DNA from: Candidatus Zhuqueibacterota bacterium
Lineage (GTDB): Bacteria; Zhuqueibacterota; Zhuqueibacteria; Thermofontimicrobiales; Thermofontimicrobiaceae
Direction of reading: 5' to 3'
Assembly: GCA_034506395.1 (NCBI GenBank)
Contig: JAPDPQ010000003.1
Location: forward strand, 230,693 to 294,692
Length of the DNA stretch: 64,000 nucleotides
The position numbers and the translations under genes were made by a program. Numbering within the stretch: position 1 is the stretch's first letter; each line of letters opens with the position of its first letter. Below are positions 55,409 to 64,000 of this stretch, piece by piece. The notes below the pieces were generated by a model, which saw nothing but the letters and a program-made list of their open reading frames with translations, did not search any database and was not told the DNA's origin.

Positions 55409-57160
55409 CTAATTTACAAATTTAATTTCCACAATTCCGCCTGGCACGTGTTCAGGTTTCGGTTGAGATCGAATGTCAATCTCCAACCTTCGCGATATTT
55501 TCTGGACAAAAAAGAACTTTTCATCACTATGTTGCCATTGTCCCTGCTTATCTTGCCAATAAAAAGCATAACTATAAACGTCAGGGCGTATGATATTGCC
55601 ATGATCATCCCGCCAATCCCAATGAACCGATTTTGGAACGGGCGCTTCTGCGGCGAAAGTCTTGATGATTTGATGATTCCCATCTCGAACTTCTAGTTTC
55701 CACTGGCCATGATATTTGCGCATCTTGACTGATGAAATCTTAAAATGGACCGATTTTGGAGTGAGGGAATGATATTGCCGGCTGCTCAGTTGCTGAACAT
55801 CCCCGACCGTCGTCCGATTCGAATCCAATTGGAGCATCGGCTGAAACTGAATCTGGTTTGCTAAAAACGGCGCATGATTGATCATATAATCGCGCAGGTG
55901 TTTCGCCCGCTCTATTGCGCTTTCCTCAGGGATAAAACGTACCGAGGCAATCTTTCTCTGAAGCAGGTTCTCCGCCAGCCAGGACTCATATTTTTTCGAG
56001 TAGCGGGAAGCCGTTATCAGCTTTGGCAGCCGTTGATTCGTCGTTCCGCCATGATTATACAATTTCGATACTTCGACCAGCGAATCGTTTATAGCTAATT
56101 CTTCGGCATCGAGATTTTTAAGTGCGCTGACTGGTACATCTTCCGCCACGCTATGATTGATTTGTTGCGCCAGAATCTCCAGTTTCTCCGTCTCGATGTC
56201 CACAAAAAATTGGGGTTCTATGTCAAATCGCAGAAAATGACCTTCATCGTAGCGGCTCCGCGTCAGGTTAATGAAGTTTTCATCATGACCTAGTTGATAA
56301 ATGATACTGATCTGGTGGCTACCGCTGCTCAGCCGATTGATCTCATACAGCGGATAATCATAATTATAGTTAAATGAAAGCCGAGGTGAAACTTCAAAAC
56401 GGGCTCCGATCTTCGCAGCTTGCTGCACCACCCCCACTCTCAAGGCAGAAAACGCCACCGGCCGCGCCTCCACCAACAAATTCGTCTGCCAATGCCTTTG
56501 CATATAATTGAAAGAGAGCGAACCCGTGAACCACCGCCACGAATAACTTACCCCCCAATCGTAAATCAGCGGCTGTCGGTACTCATCTTTTGACAACGAA
56601 ATATCAGGACGATTAAGATGATCGCACGAAAACCCAACCGCAACTGTGGACCAGGGAAAGAAAATGACGCCTGCGCCAATGCTCTGGGCAAATTTGACCG
56701 TCCCATCAGCAAATACAGGATCCCCAGGATCAGTCATATCAAAATATTTTTGATGATATGATTTGGTGAATAAATTATAGCGTAACCCTACCGCAACTCG
56801 CTGAATTGGCTGCTTTGCCAGCACCAACGAAAAATTGGTTTGGCCATATAGGGGTGCTGTGAAGTTTTGCCCTGTCACTGCCAAGCTAAGCAAGCCTAAA
56901 CTTTCCTCAGGCAAAGAGTAACCGATATAGCTGCTGCGAAGACCGAAATCATTGCCCTTCAAAAAACCCAATTGGTAAACCTTCATGCCCACCATGATCT
57001 GGTGACGATGGAACGGCACAACCGCTGGATTGACGAACAATGTTTCTTCACTATAGCTATCAGATGGATCACCGGATATCAAATTTTGAGCCGAGATGGT
57101 TGAGATTATCACCAACTGAACCATCCCGACCATCAGCCAAAACCAACATGTTCGTGTCAT
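55409..57160 (-). CDS. PorP/SprF-like outer-membrane beta-barrel protein with a ~300-aa C-terminal extension ending in a FlgD-Ig/CTD-like beta-sandwich
   Basis: A signal peptide is present (MTRTCWFWLMVGMVQLVIISTISAQ; ATG at 57160 with a GAGG upstream; the ORF track extends to 57196). The N-terminal half shows '...FVNPAVV...', alternating beta-strand periodicity and 'GSHQISIIYQL', as in PF11751 proteins. The C-terminus reads 'VHWDWRDDHGNIIRPDVYSYAFYWQD'. Confidence 0.5.
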   Translation of the reverse strand: MTRTCWFWLMVGMVQLVIISTISAQNLISGDPSDSYSEETLFVNPAVVPFHRHQIMVGMKVYQLGFLKGNDFGLRSSYIGYSLPEESLGLLSLAVTGQNFTAPLYGQTNFSLVLAKQPIQRVAVGLRYNLFTKSYHQKYFDMTDPGDPVFADGTVKFAQSIGAGVIFFPWSTVAVGFSCDHLNRPDISLSKDEYRQPLIYDWGVSYSWRWFTGSLSFNYMQRHWQTNLLVEARPVAFSALRVGVVQQAAKIGARFEVSPRLSFNYNYDYPLYEINRLSSGSHQISIIYQLGHDENFINLTRSRYDEGHFLRFDIEPQFFVDIETEKLEILAQQINHSVAEDVPVSALKNLDAEELAINDSLVEVSKLYNHGGTTNQRLPKLITASRYSKKYESWLAENLLQRKIASVRFIPEESAIERAKHLRDYMINHAPFLANQIQFQPMLQLDSNRTTVGDVQQLSSRQYHSLTPKSVHFKISSVKMRKYHGQWKLEVRDGNHQIIKTFAAEAPVPKSVHWDWRDDHGNIIRPDVYSYAFYWQDKQGQWQHSDEKFFFVQKISRRLEIDIRSQPKPEHVPGGIVEIKFVN

Positions 57161-57476
57161 TGTCAGCCTCTGCTCGATCGCCCTTTGCCCTGACAATTTT
57201 ATGGCCTCCTCGATATTGTACTGAATTTCTTATGCGACTTTTTTCGAATGAAGAGACAAATAAGCTTAAGTTCTTCTCTCAGAACCTCATCTCACGAGGA
57301 AAATGGTTCTCGGTAACTATTTCATGCGAAAATACGACGGCTAACCCCTCGCAACACATAACCCGGCATCGTAATCAGCCTGATAATACCAAAGATTTCG
57401 CTCTGTGCCGCGACAGAGATCATTTGCGCTGTTGGAACTTGGAGTGAACTTCTCAAGCTGCTCTCATCAAGCAGAG

Positions 57477-60400
57477 CTACCGCGCCAGCACCACATACCC
57501 ATGGGCAATGATGCGATTTTGATCCTCCAACAAGTAGAGATAGACGCCAGGTTGTGCTGGATTTCCATAGCGATCGTTCCCATCCCAGAGAAATTCATAG
57601 CCCTGGGTAACCGTTGTGGTATTGATCATTCGACCTGAGATATCAAACAGCTTTAGCACAGGAGCAACCACGCCCAATTTTTCGAAATTGAAACTTACTC
57701 GATCGTTAAAGCCATCATCGTTTGGTGTGAACGGATTGGGCCGCACTACCACTTCGCCTTCATAGACATCGATAGTCAACACTGCTTGATTATTTTCTTC
57801 GTTGCTTTCTTTGATTATATTATTGGGATCGACCACTAATTTAATTTGATGGAGGGACCGATCGTTAAAATGAAGCATTCGATCGATCGGAAAACTACCA
57901 GGAAATCCCAATATCTGAACCATCGTATCGCAAAGGACTCGCTCATTATCCCATATTATCACTTGAATCGGATCGATTATCGGGGCGGTGTGCCATTCGA
58001 TTTCCGCAGACAGTTGCACCGGCTGATGAACCATCACCTTCTTTTCGCTCAGCGTAAACGACTTAATGAGCAAATCCGGAAATACATCTTTGATGTAAAA
58101 ACCGTATTGGTCTTGTTTCATCCGATTGCTGGGATGAGAAAGGTCAGCCGCATCAATTCTGATGTCCACCCGCTGGCCGGGCCGAAAACCGATCGGGTCG
58201 GTGTAACTGAGTCGGTAGGCTTGGGGCGATCCAGCGATCGTCGGTGAGACCGGCCTTCCCATCACCGCCATCCGAATCGAATCCCTCGCCACTCCAGCGA
58301 CATCATCCTTGATCTCCACCAAGATTTCAGGATTAAAATCAATTCCTCGGGCCTCGGGCGCTGGAACTCGCAGGGTAATGTACGGTGGCTCTCGATCTTC
58401 TATGGTGTAGAACACGAAGGAACTGTCCCGGATGCGATTCGCTGGATGCGCCAGATCGCTTCCCGTGATCTCCCAATGCAATTGCTGGTTGTACAAAAAC
58501 GGTCGCTCCGGTACAAAGCGCCAGCGATAGCTGGTGGAATCTCCAGCAATCTGCGGCGATATTGGTTGCCCTTGAAACTTGAACCGAAGCGAGCTCAAAT
58601 CCACGCCAGTGTGCTGATCTTGGATGATCGCTTCGAATTCTGAATCCAATGGGATATGGGAACCTGGTGGTCCTGGTTTGATCCAAACAACTTCAGGTGG
58701 CAGTCGATCGTAGGCTGTGATAAATTCGCAGCTATCAGTTTTCATCACGTTGGGACCATCCTTTGCCAGATCGTGGGCATCCACTTCCACCAATACGCGC
58801 TGACCATATCCAAATGGAACATTCGGTCGGTGCTCCACCCGATAGTCCAGCACTGTGCCGCTGATGGTTCTATTGACCAGACGTCCATTGACCTGCACGC
58901 GGATGGAAGCGCTGTCGACACCGCTGAGATCATCCCTGACATGAAATGAAATAATGCAATCCGGCGGCACTTCACTCTCCCCTTTGCTGGGTTGATAAAG
59001 CGTTACGTACGGCGGAGCTAAATCCTTCTCGCGCATGATCCGAAATCGGTACCGACAGGTGTCGGCGGCATTGGCTGGATCGCTTTGATCTTCGGCGTAA
59101 ATCTTCACCTCGATCCATTCAAGATAATTCCGCGGCGTTGAGAATTGATAGCTGATATTTAATCGTTTGCCGCTGCCTTCTTGCTCGAAGTTGACCAGCG
59201 CCCCATTGACCCACATCTTGATCGAGTTCGCAGCGACCCCAGCACGATCATCGGTGATTGTGGCACGAACCAGCGGCGTGGGATTCACGGTGGTATCCCC
59301 TGGAATTGGAACTAATGGGACAATGACTGGTGGTTGCGTATCAATTTCGGTTTTAAACCAGAACTCAAACGGCCGCATGATGTTAGGCTGTCGTGCCCGA
59401 TCGCGGGCTGTGAGTACGACAGATAAGCTATCATTATAGCGAAACCTTCTAGGCGGCCCATAGCTGATCCAGTAATCGCTTGAATCCCCACTCAGCTCAA
59501 ATGGAACCTTGATATCGTTGATGGTAAGCTGGATGGAGTTGCGATCTACCCCTGCAAAATCATCTATTAACTCGATAATGACGTTCGTATCTGGATTCAC
59601 TTCTTTGGACTCGTGCAACGGGGCATAATATTTCACCCATGGCGCTAACGAATCCCGAGCGATGATGAAATAAAAACTCGAATCCAATGAATTCGATGGT
59701 TTAACCAAATCAGTGGCATGAATTCGGACCGACACGGAATCCATTTCTCGAAACGCCGGTTGAAACCGATAACGCACTGCGTAAGCTGCTGGTGTCCCCT
59801 CAACCTCCGGATGAATAATCCGACCATTGATCGAAATCTTCAGCGAATCCTTGTCCACCCCTGATTGGCCATCTGTCACAATAAAACTGAGCATAGTATC
59901 GGCTGGGATCTGACGGGCCTTAGGCTGCGGATATAGATCGACGATTTTCGGCGGCTCAAGATCTCTTTTGATAAAAAATCGATAGGAATCTGGCTTCATC
60001 ACATTGGGAGTAAAAGCCAAATCAGCCGCTCTGATCACCACTGATACGGTATCATTGTAGTCAAAATCGATTTCAGGATCGTAAATCATGGTAAATCGTT
60101 CGATGGTGCCAGTGATCCTCGGTTTTACCAATCTTCCATTCACTTCCATCTCAAGCGAACTGCTATCAACCCCCATGTAATCGTCCACCACATCGACTTG
60201 AATATTAGTATTAAGTGGAACATTTGTGGCCTCGGGAGCTGGAATATGATTCTCCGTATATGGCGGGACTTTATCTGGGAACATCTCTCCCAAGCCGATA
60301 TAGGTGCAGATGATGTGGACCTTGCCAGGCGGCACCGTCACAGGATCCCACCACATGGCGACTGCGCTGTCATGAACGATGCCTAACTCCCCATTGGTGT

Positions 60401-62048
60401 TGTAATGCCATTTTGTATTGAAAATATTGCTCCAGTTGGCGATCACAAATCGATCCGGTGGGGTAGCTCCATATCCTTTGATGGTCCCTTGGGCTGAGAA
60501 TAGCACTTTGCGCTGAGTGCCCTCGATGGCGATCCACCAGCTCGGGATATTTGGCGCATGAAAGTCCTGCTCAAAACCAGTAAAAGGATAATTTGATGTG
60601 CGAATCAACGCGCTGTCGTTCTGTCCCAGCATAGTGTCGAACAATACCCGTATCCCCACCTGGTGAGCAACACGATCATTGTTGATGATGATATATTGCA
60701 GTTGGGCAGTATCTTCATATTTAGTCTCAGACCATTCGCTGACCACAAGGGATACCTTTTGCTTGATTTCAAGATTTCCATAGCCCCAGTTTCGCTCTAT
60801 GCTCTTATTATCCCTCGAAACGTACGGATCGTCTAACAATCGTCCTTCTTGACTGCCATAGATCACCTCCTTTCCATCAATCCAGAGCGTACTGAACGAC
60901 GTATAGGGATTCGGGTGGCCGAACAAAATCGCTTTGTTATTGTCGTATGGCGTAATTGGTAATCCGCCAGTAATGCCCAACGTGAAATTTGTGCCAGGAT
61001 AACGATCGCTTACTGCCACTTCAATAAAATCGTTCTGCAGTGTTACTCGCTGCACTGGTTTTAAACTGAAATTGATGCTCCAAGTGGTATCCTGACCTTT
61101 TACCCCGACTGGTGTTGCCTCTTGCGGAGTCACTGCGTTCTGATAATATTCATTATGATAGCGCAGCGGATCAACGCTGTAAATCTGGACGCGGTAGGTT
61201 CCTGGTCGTAACCCAGCCGCACAATAATATCCACGAGAATTGCTGTAACATTCTGAGCTCCATTCGCCGTTCTGCCAATTGGTTACCACCACCCATGCAT
61301 TGGCAATGGGTGGCCGGTCTGGTTCATCTCCCAGCACCAGACCAGCGATCGCTCCACCCTTCTCCAAATAAAAATTGATATTGGAACTGGTATCGCCCAC
61401 CGTCACCTGGATCGCTTGAGCACTATCTTGGGTGCTTACGTTAGGATAATACGTGAGCAAATATCCGCTCGGTAACGCCGATGCCTTCACAACATGTGGC
61501 CCAGCGGGCAAGGCAGGACTGATATAGCTCCCATCGGGTCTGCCATCGATAAAACCCCGTAAGCTATATGTCTTTGCATCAAAAAATCCGATGGTGCAAT
61601 TTTGCGTGATCGGCTGCCCTGCCTTATTGAAAATCCGACCCGAAATAAATCCCCCTCGCTCCAGGTAAAAGTCAATCCCGCTCACATGCTGATTGTTATT
61701 GATCTTGATCAGCGTTGCATCAGACTTCTCAAGGACGTTATTGTAATAGAAATTTAAATAACCCGCCTTATTCTGAACGCGAACGTAATACTGCCCAACA
61801 GGCAATTGGGTGATCTCGTAACTCCCATCATCCTTCGAATAGGCAATGCGCTGAAAGTAGGGACCTGTAAAAGCAATTGCGCGAACTTCAACTTTCGCCA
61901 GAGGCTCATGAGAGGCAGTATAAATGTGGCCAGAAATTTTGCCGTTTTCTGTGGCTTGCGAAAAGATGATACGATGATTTCCAAAAATTGATACTATCAA
62001 AATTGCATAAATGATCATTCGCTGCTGTCGTGCCCGTTGCCAATTCAT
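57477..62048 (-). CDS. 1523-aa secreted multidomain adhesin-like protein with a type-B T9SS C-terminal sorting domain
   Basis: Domain order as read from the translation:
- A signal peptide.
- Three CarboxypepD_reg-like repeats (GKISGHIY...DDGSYEITQLPVGQYYVRV, and so on).
- A central domain of about 270 aa with no motif I recognise.
- Seven tandem Ig-like repeats of about 104 aa (D..PP.I....P......VP.D..I.F.V.DD.SGVD..S......NG).
- A CARDB-like domain.
- The C-terminal 'RPNPFTPNDDGFNDRVSFNF...WDGNDRYGNPAQPGVYLYLL', matching the PNaFTPNgDGiND gliding-motility-associated C-terminal domain. Confidence 0.85.
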   Translation of the reverse strand: MNWQRARQQRMIIYAILIVSIFGNHRIIFSQATENGKISGHIYTASHEPLAKVEVRAIAFTGPYFQRIAYSKDDGSYEITQLPVGQYYVRVQNKAGYLNFYYNNVLEKSDATLIKINNNQHVSGIDFYLERGGFISGRIFNKAGQPITQNCTIGFFDAKTYSLRGFIDGRPDGSYISPALPAGPHVVKASALPSGYLLTYYPNVSTQDSAQAIQVTVGDTSSNINFYLEKGGAIAGLVLGDEPDRPPIANAWVVVTNWQNGEWSSECYSNSRGYYCAAGLRPGTYRVQIYSVDPLRYHNEYYQNAVTPQEATPVGVKGQDTTWSINFSLKPVQRVTLQNDFIEVAVSDRYPGTNFTLGITGGLPITPYDNNKAILFGHPNPYTSFSTLWIDGKEVIYGSQEGRLLDDPYVSRDNKSIERNWGYGNLEIKQKVSLVVSEWSETKYEDTAQLQYIIINNDRVAHQVGIRVLFDTMLGQNDSALIRTSNYPFTGFEQDFHAPNIPSWWIAIEGTQRKVLFSAQGTIKGYGATPPDRFVIANWSNIFNTKWHYNTNGELGIVHDSAVAMWWDPVTVPPGKVHIICTYIGLGEMFPDKVPPYTENHIPAPEATNVPLNTNIQVDVVDDYMGVDSSSLEMEVNGRLVKPRITGTIERFTMIYDPEIDFDYNDTVSVVIRAADLAFTPNVMKPDSYRFFIKRDLEPPKIVDLYPQPKARQIPADTMLSFIVTDGQSGVDKDSLKISINGRIIHPEVEGTPAAYAVRYRFQPAFREMDSVSVRIHATDLVKPSNSLDSSFYFIIARDSLAPWVKYYAPLHESKEVNPDTNVIIELIDDFAGVDRNSIQLTINDIKVPFELSGDSSDYWISYGPPRRFRYNDSLSVVLTARDRARQPNIMRPFEFWFKTEIDTQPPVIVPLVPIPGDTTVNPTPLVRATITDDRAGVAANSIKMWVNGALVNFEQEGSGKRLNISYQFSTPRNYLEWIEVKIYAEDQSDPANAADTCRYRFRIMREKDLAPPYVTLYQPSKGESEVPPDCIISFHVRDDLSGVDSASIRVQVNGRLVNRTISGTVLDYRVEHRPNVPFGYGQRVLVEVDAHDLAKDGPNVMKTDSCEFITAYDRLPPEVVWIKPGPPGSHIPLDSEFEAIIQDQHTGVDLSSLRFKFQGQPISPQIAGDSTSYRWRFVPERPFLYNQQLHWEITGSDLAHPANRIRDSSFVFYTIEDREPPYITLRVPAPEARGIDFNPEILVEIKDDVAGVARDSIRMAVMGRPVSPTIAGSPQAYRLSYTDPIGFRPGQRVDIRIDAADLSHPSNRMKQDQYGFYIKDVFPDLLIKSFTLSEKKVMVHQPVQLSAEIEWHTAPIIDPIQVIIWDNERVLCDTMVQILGFPGSFPIDRMLHFNDRSLHQIKLVVDPNNIIKESNEENNQAVLTIDVYEGEVVVRPNPFTPNDDGFNDRVSFNFEKLGVVAPVLKLFDISGRMINTTTVTQGYEFLWDGNDRYGNPAQPGVYLYLLEDQNRIIAHGYVVLAR

Positions 62049-63729
62049 GCTTTCACCTGCTGTTGCAATACCCTTTTATCGAACAATCGATACCCTATGT
62101 TGAAACAAGAAAAGCCTCTTGGATTCCTAACGCCTCATCAACTATCAACAAAGATTTCGAAACCATCAGTTCATGCGGAAATTAATCACCTGACAATTCG
62201 AGTTATCTCGATCAAACAATCAATGAAATTTTGAAAATGCGAATCGATAAAAATGCGAGCGATGTCAATCAAAGCTTATTCAAAATAAAGAATCGATCTG
62301 GAAAAAGCAAGTCATTTTGGCCCTCACAATGAGAAACCATCGCAAAAGCGATTACATTTTTGAATCAGTCTTTCATTTCATGGATTGATGTCTGACTTTG
62401 CGAGCTCGCGATCCTTTCAATAATTTTTTTTCTTGCCAGAAAAATCTTGCTCGATTTTGATAAGATCAATATCCTCCTGGCTTACTCAATACTCAATCTG
62501 GTTGAATTCTGACCATGCCCCGGTTTAAATCTGAGATATTCGTCCCATCGAACGGCGATCCATCGGTCGATTAATTCGCTTTCGCCAAATTTTTTCCAAC
62601 CTAAAATTTCTCACTTTGATGATTACTGAAGGTCTGTCGTTCCCTCATTTTTCTTGGAATGATTGATCGGCGGGCTGCTCTGAAAAAAAACAGCAAAAAA
62701 GAATGAATGCAGCTCACTCCCCCAAACTTCCGCTTCAGATCCGCGGCCCATTTTAAATGATACAATCGGTCCTTCATGGACTCTAACTTCTTCGCCCATC
62801 ATTCAGTTTGGGACTTATTTGCCGCCGGAACATAATGCTCTGGTTTTCTATTTTGTACCAATCGGAACGTTGAACATTCCTCCAAATTATGCAGCCAGAT
62901 CAGGAAATAAGCTCTAATAGGCCTTTTTTATCGCCCCTTGAAATCTCAAAAAATGACAAATAGCCCACAGTTGACCCTTCCTGTAACGCGAAAAGGTCCA
63001 GCTCCATCAAAATAGCGCAATCCATCAGATTCAATAGAGAACCTCTCCTCTGGCGTTAGGAAACAGCGTTTGACCCAATCCTGTGGTCGATATTTGGCCG
63101 CCTTAGCGACTCTTTGGCTCATCGCGATTCCCAAATATCAATGCTATTGGCATTCTTTGGTGCTTTATCAGCCGTTTATTGCTCCGTTTGAACAAAAATC
63201 ATCCCTTCACCTGCAATTTCCATGCCGATGATCGTAATTTGCTACAATTAAGGCAAGCCGATTTTTCTATGGATCAGAAGTTAATTCGAGTGGCAAATAA
63301 AGGCGAGTCTTCTTGACCACCAGATGGTTATATTGTTACGATCGAAAACAAGCATTCATTTCGCAAATCAAATTGAACAATTTCGAAATCAACAAATAGA
63401 TCGGGGCATGAGATCTGACAATTCTTCTAAAATTGTTTTTAAAAAAGCTAATCGCCGAGATTCAATTGCTTGGTTTTCATTAAAGGCTTGAGAATATATT
63501 GAACACCTGTTCGAAAATCATGCAGAAAATTCACAATTCCCTGGTCGAAACAAAAGCAGTTCGATCGATCGGCAATTTAAATTCTTCGTTTTGATTGAAA
63601 TTTTACTTCTGGCTTCCAACTGAAAGATTTGGATAAAAACGAGCATCGCGTTTTTGTGTCTTCCGATATTGTGGAGTTAAATAGTGCCTGAGCGAAAATC
63701 CAGCTCTCTGGCATTTCGATCGCAGGCAT

Positions 63730-63784
63730 AAATCTGTGACCACAATGATCTCAATGTAACCAGATTCCTCACTTCGTTCGGAAT
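63730..63784. repeat. Family-B repeat, copy 2
   Basis: AAATCTGTGACC...AACCAGATTCCTCACTTCGTTCGGAAT; compare 35981-36035. Confidence 0.5.
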
Positions 63785-63930
63785 GGCCCTCTTAGGAAAG
63801 ATTTAATAGTCGCCATTCAAGCAAGAAATTGATTGGGGATCTCAATTGCCGAAAACCACCCTGGCCAATGAGACCTCCAAAGAAGCGATAAACTAAATTG
63901 ATGAAGCTCGAAGCGAACGAACTGCTCTTT

Positions 63931-64000
63931 CTATTTCATCAACACCATTTTTAATGAGGACTGAATTTCTCCTGCCCGTACGCGAGCAAAATAGATGCCG
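63931..64000 (-). CDS. 3' end of a gene encoding a protein with a type-A T9SS (Por) C-terminal sorting domain; the rest lies outside the window
   Basis: The minus-strand frame reads ...GIYFARVRAGEIQSSLKMVLMK followed by a stop (TAG at 63933-63931). 'G(I/V)YF.R...G......K.VL.K' is the canonical last strand pair of type-A CTDs. The fragment is too short to appear in the ORF track. Confidence 0.6.
   Translation of the reverse strand, partial: GIYFARVRAGEIQSSLKMVLMK

Noticed and set aside
62380-62430. Possible c-di-GMP (GEMM-I) riboswitch upstream of the adhesin (minus-strand GCTCGCAAAGTC)
   Set aside because: Only a short resemblance to the GACGCAAAGCC box is present. The paired GGCAAACC box and the supporting helices are not evident.
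62946-63134. 62-aa minus-strand ORF (MGIAMSQRVAKAAKYRPQDWVKRCF...) in the ORF desert
   Set aside because: It has no recognisable family, no convincing Shine-Dalgarno sequence, and is isolated. It might be a remnant of a decayed gene, but I cannot support calling it a CDS.

Overview
This 64 kb window looks like a chromosomal segment of an uncultured diderm bacterium, probably from the Fibrobacteres-Chlorobi-Bacteroidetes superphylum. It carries both type-A and type-B T9SS C-terminal sorting domains, yet its promoters look like canonical sigma70 TTGACA-N17-TATATT promoters. All family assignments come from reading motifs in the supplied translations; no database search was run.

Content from left to right:
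- 1-0.65 kb: a PEPCK-like C-terminal fragment.
- 2-4.6 kb: a PAP2 phosphatase and an M29-like aminopeptidase.
- 4.9-9.8 kb: an argJ-argC-argB-argD-GNAT arginine operon.
- 10.2-15.9 kb, minus strand: a glycerol/acylglycerol cluster with a BAHD-like acyltransferase, an FGGY kinase, glpK and a monoacylglycerol-lipase-like hydrolase.
- 16.4-19.7 kb: a small accessory islet. It holds a decayed IS30 transposase, an XRE-HTH / helical protein / HEFGH metallopeptidase-like triad, and an iteron-like repeat block.
- 19.7-26.3 kb: ychF, copA and oligopeptidase B.
- 26.4-38 kb: an envelope-glycan locus with a GxGYxYP protein, DUF2079, GT2, GT4 and GT9 glycosyltransferases, a TagF-like transferase and a cytidylyltransferase.
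- 38-45.5 kb: tsaC, a low-molecular-weight phosphatase, DUF3108, then msbA-like and lpxL-like genes and an MA-type peptidase.
- 46-50 kb: an unusual signalling cluster. Two response regulators have Asp-to-Glu phospho-acceptor sites plus DUF4388/PATAN domains, and there are two P-loop-less Ras-like modules.
- 51.9-62 kb: a tight minus-strand cluster. It encodes a 1523-aa adhesin with a type-B T9SS CTD, a PorP/SprF-like outer-membrane protein, an ExbB fused to Ig-like domains, two ExbD, and a third ExbD-anchored protein of unknown type.
- 62-63.9 kb: an ORF desert, followed by the tail of another T9SS-CTD gene.

Intergenic regions carry several families of short palindromic, MITE-like and heptanucleotide repeats.

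The best candidates for an undescribed system are, first, the adhesin/PorP/Exb-motor operon together with the neighbouring atypical regulator cluster, and second, the XRE/HEFGH triad.
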